This document shows positions 17,376 through 20,000 of a DNA stretch of 20,000 nucleotides, piece after piece. The stretch's first letter is position 1. Every line of letters starts with the position of its first letter. A program made the position numbers and the translations under genes. Location of the stretch: the IMG/VR virus record IMGVR_UViG_3300025530_000290; one strand, given 5' to 3'. Under the pieces are notes generated by a model. That model made no database searches, was not told where the DNA came from, and was given only the letters and a program-made list of their open reading frames with translations. This DNA is from an uncultured virus (IMG/VR IMGVR_UViG_3300025530_000290) (Duplodnaviria > Heunggongvirae > Uroviricota > Caudoviricetes).

Positions 17376-17408
17376 CCCGTACAGACAGCGAGCTGCTATA
17401 CCGGCCCG
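17376..17408 (-). other. Probable joined cohesive-end (cos) site, predicted overhang ~CGGGCCGGTA(T)
   Basis: The site is non-coding and lies between the HNH gene and terS. The minus strand reads CGGGCCGGTAT-AGCAGCTCGCTGT-CTGTACGGG, resembling (from recall) the CGG-starting 10-11 nt 3' overhangs and nearby TGTACGGG of actinophage left genome ends. Confidence 0.6.
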
Positions 17409-17484
17409 GTCGAGAAAAATTTGGACAAAGGGGGGCATACCCACCCATATGTACACAGGCGTGCGCACGGCGCGCCGCGGTGTT

Positions 17485-17570
17485 GATCTTGGTCGCTCGA
17501 GCCGGTTTATGATCTTGGTCGAGCGTGACTAGACGATCTTGATCGGCCGACCTGCAAGCGATCTTGGTCG
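17485..17570. repeat. Four direct 11-bp repeats GATCTTG(G/A)TCG at ~25-bp period
   Basis: Copies start at 17485, 17511, 17535 and 17560 (spacings 26, 24 and 25 bp). Confidence 0.85.
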
Positions 17571-17624
17571 AGGTGTGCCGCAGCAGGCCGGAGGCGAGGC
17601 CGCGCCGGCACGCCTGCTCGAGCG

Positions 17625-17870
17625 TCAGGGCTCCTCGTCGTCGGCCAAGGTCTCTACATAGCCCTGCTTGATCATCTCGGCGCCGATCGTGACCAGGCCG
17701 ATCGACTCGATCCAGCACATGCCTTCGGAGTGTGCGAAGCCGAAGACCGTCTCACCGTCCGGCTTGATGATCTTGCAGAGGACGACTGCTGAGGCGATGA
17801 GGTCGCCTTCGCCGAGGTCGAGGGTTAGGCCGAGGCCGTCGATGATGTGGCCGATCTTCTGTTCTGTCAC
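17625..17870 (-). CDS. Hypothetical phage protein (81 aa)
   Basis: Natural globular amino-acid composition with an acidic tail, co-oriented with the operon, GTG start. Confidence 0.7.
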   Translation of the reverse strand: MTEQKIGHIIDGLGLTLDLGEGDLIASAVVLCKIIKPDGETVFGFAHSEGMCWIESIGLVTIGAEMIKQGYVETLADDEEP

Positions 17871-17964
17871 GCTACGCCTTTGTTAGGGCTGGGAATGGCG
17901 GGCCGTCTGCTGTGCGGCCTGTTGTCTTGTGGGGTGCAGGCGACCCGCCAGCTTGTGGTGTTGA

Positions 17965-18150
17965 TTTCGGAAGGGTTGATCTTTTTGACGCGCTCCCCGG
18001 CCTGAAGGCCGGGGATTCAGCCTGTGCCGCGCGTGCGGCACTTCTGTGGCTTCCTGCTTCACCGGGTCCTGCCCTCCGCTAGGCGGCGGGTCTTACGGTC
18101 CCTCCACAGGCGTTTAACCTCTCCGCCCGCCCGGCGGCGAGGATGTTCCT
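17965..18150 (-). ncRNA. Predicted omegaRNA of the full element; guide ~AAAGAUCAACCCUUCCGAAA
   Basis: The region overlaps the tnpB 3' end and right end and includes the hairpin TGCCGCACGCGCGGCA. The guide is the flank beyond TCAA. Boundaries are approximate. Confidence 0.7.
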
Positions 18151-19227
18151 TGCAGCATTAACGTCCCGGTCGTGGACCGCACCACACGGGCAAGTCCACT
18201 CCCGGACGTTCAGCGGCATCGACTCTTGTAGCGTCCCGCATGCGGAACATAGCTTCGAGCTGGGAAACCAGCGGTCGATCTGGTGGAAGGTCCGCCCGTA
18301 CCGGGCCGCTTTGTACTCAAGCATGGCGACGAACTGCGACCAGCCCGCGTCATGCACGCTCTTGGCCAGTCTCGTGCGCGCGAGCCCGGACACAGAAAGG
18401 TTCTCCACGTATACCGCTTGGTTCTCGCGGATGATCTGCGTGGAAAGCTTGTGTGCCCAGTCCCGGCGCGCGTCGGCCAACTTGGCGTGCAGCTTGGCGA
18501 CCCTGGCCCGGGCCTTGGCCCGGTTCACGCTGCCCTTCTGCTTGCGGGACAGTGCCTTTTGCGCCTTGCGCAGGCGGCGTTCGGCTCGGCGGATGAAACG
18601 CGGATTGTCGATCTTCCTGCCGTCCGACAGCACGGCGAAGTGCGACAGGCCCAGGTCGATCCCAACCTCACCCGTCGTCTCCGGCAGCGGCTCGCCGGGG
18701 ACCTCTACCACGAAGCTCGCGAAGTACCGTCCGGCCGCGTCCTTGACCACCGTTACCGACGACGGTTCGGCAGGCAGAGCACGGGACCAGCGGACTTCTA
18801 TCTCGCCGACCTTGGCCACGTACAGCCGCCTGTTTGGGCGGATGCTGAAGCCGTTGCGGGTGAGTCGGATCGCCTGCCGGTTGTCCTTCTTCGACTTGAA
18901 CCGGGGCGGGGCCACCTTCGGCCCCTTGCGCTTGCCCGTTACCGAGGCGAAGAACGCCCGGTACGCCTTGTGCAGGTCGTTGAGCGACTGCACCAGCACG
19001 ACGTTGGACACCTCTCCCAGCCAGGAGCGTTCCGGGGTCTTCTTCGCCTCGGTGATCACCTGGCGTTGCAGGTCGGCGTCCTTGATGTACGGCAGCCCGG
19101 CCGCGTGGGCTTCCTGCCGTAAGCGCAGCCCGTCGTTGAATACCACCCGGGCGCACCCGAACGCCTTGGCCAACGCGGCGCGCTGACCGGCTGTCGGGTA
19201 GAGGCGGAAGTTGTACCGAAGCTGCAC
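18079..19227 (-). CDS. tnpB: RNA-guided endonuclease TnpB (382 aa)
   Basis: GTG start at 19227 (MQLRYNFRLYPT). RuvC residues are intact in GIDLG, VYVENL and HDRDVNAARNI, with a zinc ribbon CSAC...CPC. Confidence 0.96.
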   Translation of the reverse strand: MQLRYNFRLYPTAGQRAALAKAFGCARVVFNDGLRLRQEAHAAGLPYIKDADLQRQVITEAKKTPERSWLGEVSNVVLVQSLNDLHKAYRAFFASVTGKRKGPKVAPPRFKSKKDNRQAIRLTRNGFSIRPNRRLYVAKVGEIEVRWSRALPAEPSSVTVVKDAAGRYFASFVVEVPGEPLPETTGEVGIDLGLSHFAVLSDGRKIDNPRFIRRAERRLRKAQKALSRKQKGSVNRAKARARVAKLHAKLADARRDWAHKLSTQIIRENQAVYVENLSVSGLARTRLAKSVHDAGWSQFVAMLEYKAARYGRTFHQIDRWFPSSKLCSACGTLQESMPLNVREWTCPCGAVHDRDVNAARNILAAGRAERLNACGGTVRPAA

Positions 19228-19234
19228 GGTACCC

Positions 19235-19244
19235 AGTCTAGCAT
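19235..19244. promoter_or_regulatory. Overlapping divergent -10 boxes for leaderless tnpB and tnpA
   Basis: Minus-strand TAGACT (19240-19235) lies 7 nt before the tnpB GTG, and plus-strand TAGCAT (19239-19244) lies 7 nt before the tnpA ATG. Both fit the actinobacterial TANNNT consensus and neither gene has a Shine-Dalgarno sequence. Confidence 0.6.
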
Positions 19245-19251
19245 TTGGTCT

Positions 19252-19668
19252 ATGGCGAATGATTCCGACTATAGGCGCGGCAGACACGTTGTTTCAGCGC
19301 TCCACGTCCATTTGGTCTTCGTGACGAAGCACCGGCGCGGAGCGCTGACCGGCGAGATCCTTGAGCGCTGCGAGCAGATCATGCGGGACGTGTGCGCCGA
19401 CTTCGAGGCTGATCTTGTCGAGTTCAACGGGGAAGACGACCACGTGCATCTACTGGTGCACTATCCGCCAAAGGTCGCCATATCAAAGCTGGTGAACAGC
19501 CTCAAAGGCGTCTCGGCCCGACTTCTGCGCAAGGAGTTCACCGGCCACATGAACCGGCACATCATGCACGGACACCTGTGGTCGCCGTCCTACTTCGCCG
19601 CATCCTGCGGCGGCGCACCCTTGGAGATCATCCGCCAGTACATCGAACAGCAGCGCAGACCACTCTAG
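19252..19668 (+). CDS. tnpA: IS200/IS605 Y1 HUH transposase TnpA (138 aa)
   Basis: Motifs HLVFVTK.RR, HUH (DHVHLL), LKGVS, LWSPSYF and the catalytic Tyr in IRQYIEQQ. Confidence 0.97.
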   Translation: MANDSDYRRGRHVVSALHVHLVFVTKHRRGALTGEILERCEQIMRDVCADFEADLVEFNGEDDHVHLLVHYPPKVAISKLVNSLKGVSARLLRKEFTGHMNRHIMHGHLWSPSYFAASCGGAPLEIIRQYIEQQRRPL

Positions 19669-19719
19669 GGATGGCCTAACCCCGCCCTGAAGGACGGGGC
19701 TTGCGGCCAAGATTTCGGG

Positions 19720-20000
19720 TCAGATGAGTCCGGGGTGTGGCTCCTCCGGACGCCGGCGCGGGATGCGCTTGGCCTGGGCTGCGCGGCTGCCCTCAGACGC
19801 GGATTTGCGGCGGTGGCAGTGTGGCCACACCCGGTCATGTATCGGCGCCAGGTTTTCGAGGGAGTGATCATCCCCGGGGATGATGTGGTCGACGGCGTCG
19901 GCGCCGGGCCCGTGGCAGACGTGGCATACGCCGTTGTCGCGTTTGAGTACGGCGGCGCGGCGTTTCGGCCAGTCTTTGGGGAGTCGGGCCCGGCGGGTTG
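19720..20000 (-). CDS. Phage packaging-associated HNH endonuclease (partial, start beyond right edge)
   Basis: Manual translation gives TRRARLPKDWPKRRAAVLKRDNGVCHVCHGPGADAVDHIIPGDDHSLENLAPIHDRVWPHCHRRKSASEG...HPGLI*, with CxxC, DH, N and H motifs. It lies upstream of cos/terS. Confidence 0.9.
   Translation of the reverse strand, partial: TRRARLPKDWPKRRAAVLKRDNGVCHVCHGPGADAVDHIIPGDDHSLENLAPIHDRVWPHCHRRKSASEGSRAAQAKRIPRRRPEEPHPGLI

Larger units (their letters stand above)
17985..19718 (-). mobile_element. Complete IS200/IS605-family insertion sequence (IS605 group, divergent tnpA/tnpB), 1734 bp
   Basis: The left end reads TGAC|CCGAAATCTTGGCCG-CAAG-CCCCGTCCTTCAGGGCGGGG and the right end GAAT-CCCCGGCCTTCAGGCCGGGG-AGCGCG-TCAA|. 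There are no terminal inverted repeats or target duplication, as expected for this family. It contains tnpA and tnpB. Confidence 0.95.

Noticed and set aside
17485..17570. Periodic repeats considered as a mini CRISPR array
   Set aside because: The repeats are only 11 bp with 13-15 bp gaps and no cas genes are present. They fit protein-binding sites near cos better.
18079..19227. TnpB as a domesticated nuclease-dead regulator (TldR-like) or a Cas12
   Set aside because: All three RuvC acidic residues are present, the gene lies inside a complete IS with tnpA and both ends, and there is no CRISPR array.
19665..19871. 68-aa minus-strand ORF from the track
   Set aside because: It is in the wrong frame. 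The real gene is the HNH endonuclease ending at 19720, and this ORF runs into the IS left end.

Overview
This window is the virion-morphogenesis (late) operon of a siphovirus-type phage or prophage of a high-GC actinobacterium, encoded on the minus strand. Read right to left: packaging HNH endonuclease (partial), a complete IS200/IS605 element (tnpA + tnpB + omegaRNA), a small hypothetical gene, a probable joined cos site, terS, terL, portal, MuF-like protein, a small head-module protein, a 198-bp non-autonomous IS605-family mini-element, scaffold, major capsid protein, glycosyltransferase 1, head-tail adaptor, glycosyltransferase 2, stopper, HK97 gp10-like protein, tail terminator, tail tube, -1 frameshifted tail chaperones, and a tape measure protein (>1690 aa, with an NlpC/P60 domain) that runs off the left edge. 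Four observations stand out. (1) Two paralogous GT4-like glycosyltransferases are embedded in the head/neck genes, and both the capsid and tail-tube proteins end in Ser, which makes this a candidate virion glycosylation system. (2) The mini-element has lost tnpA and nearly all of tnpB but keeps both transposon ends and the omegaRNA region, and its left-end guide covaries with its target site. (3) Both IS605-type elements sit directly after a TGA stop codon. (4) A recurring GNCAK-pentaloop hairpin covers the ribosome-binding sites of terS and scaffold. All calls come from motif recognition and synteny; no database searches were run.
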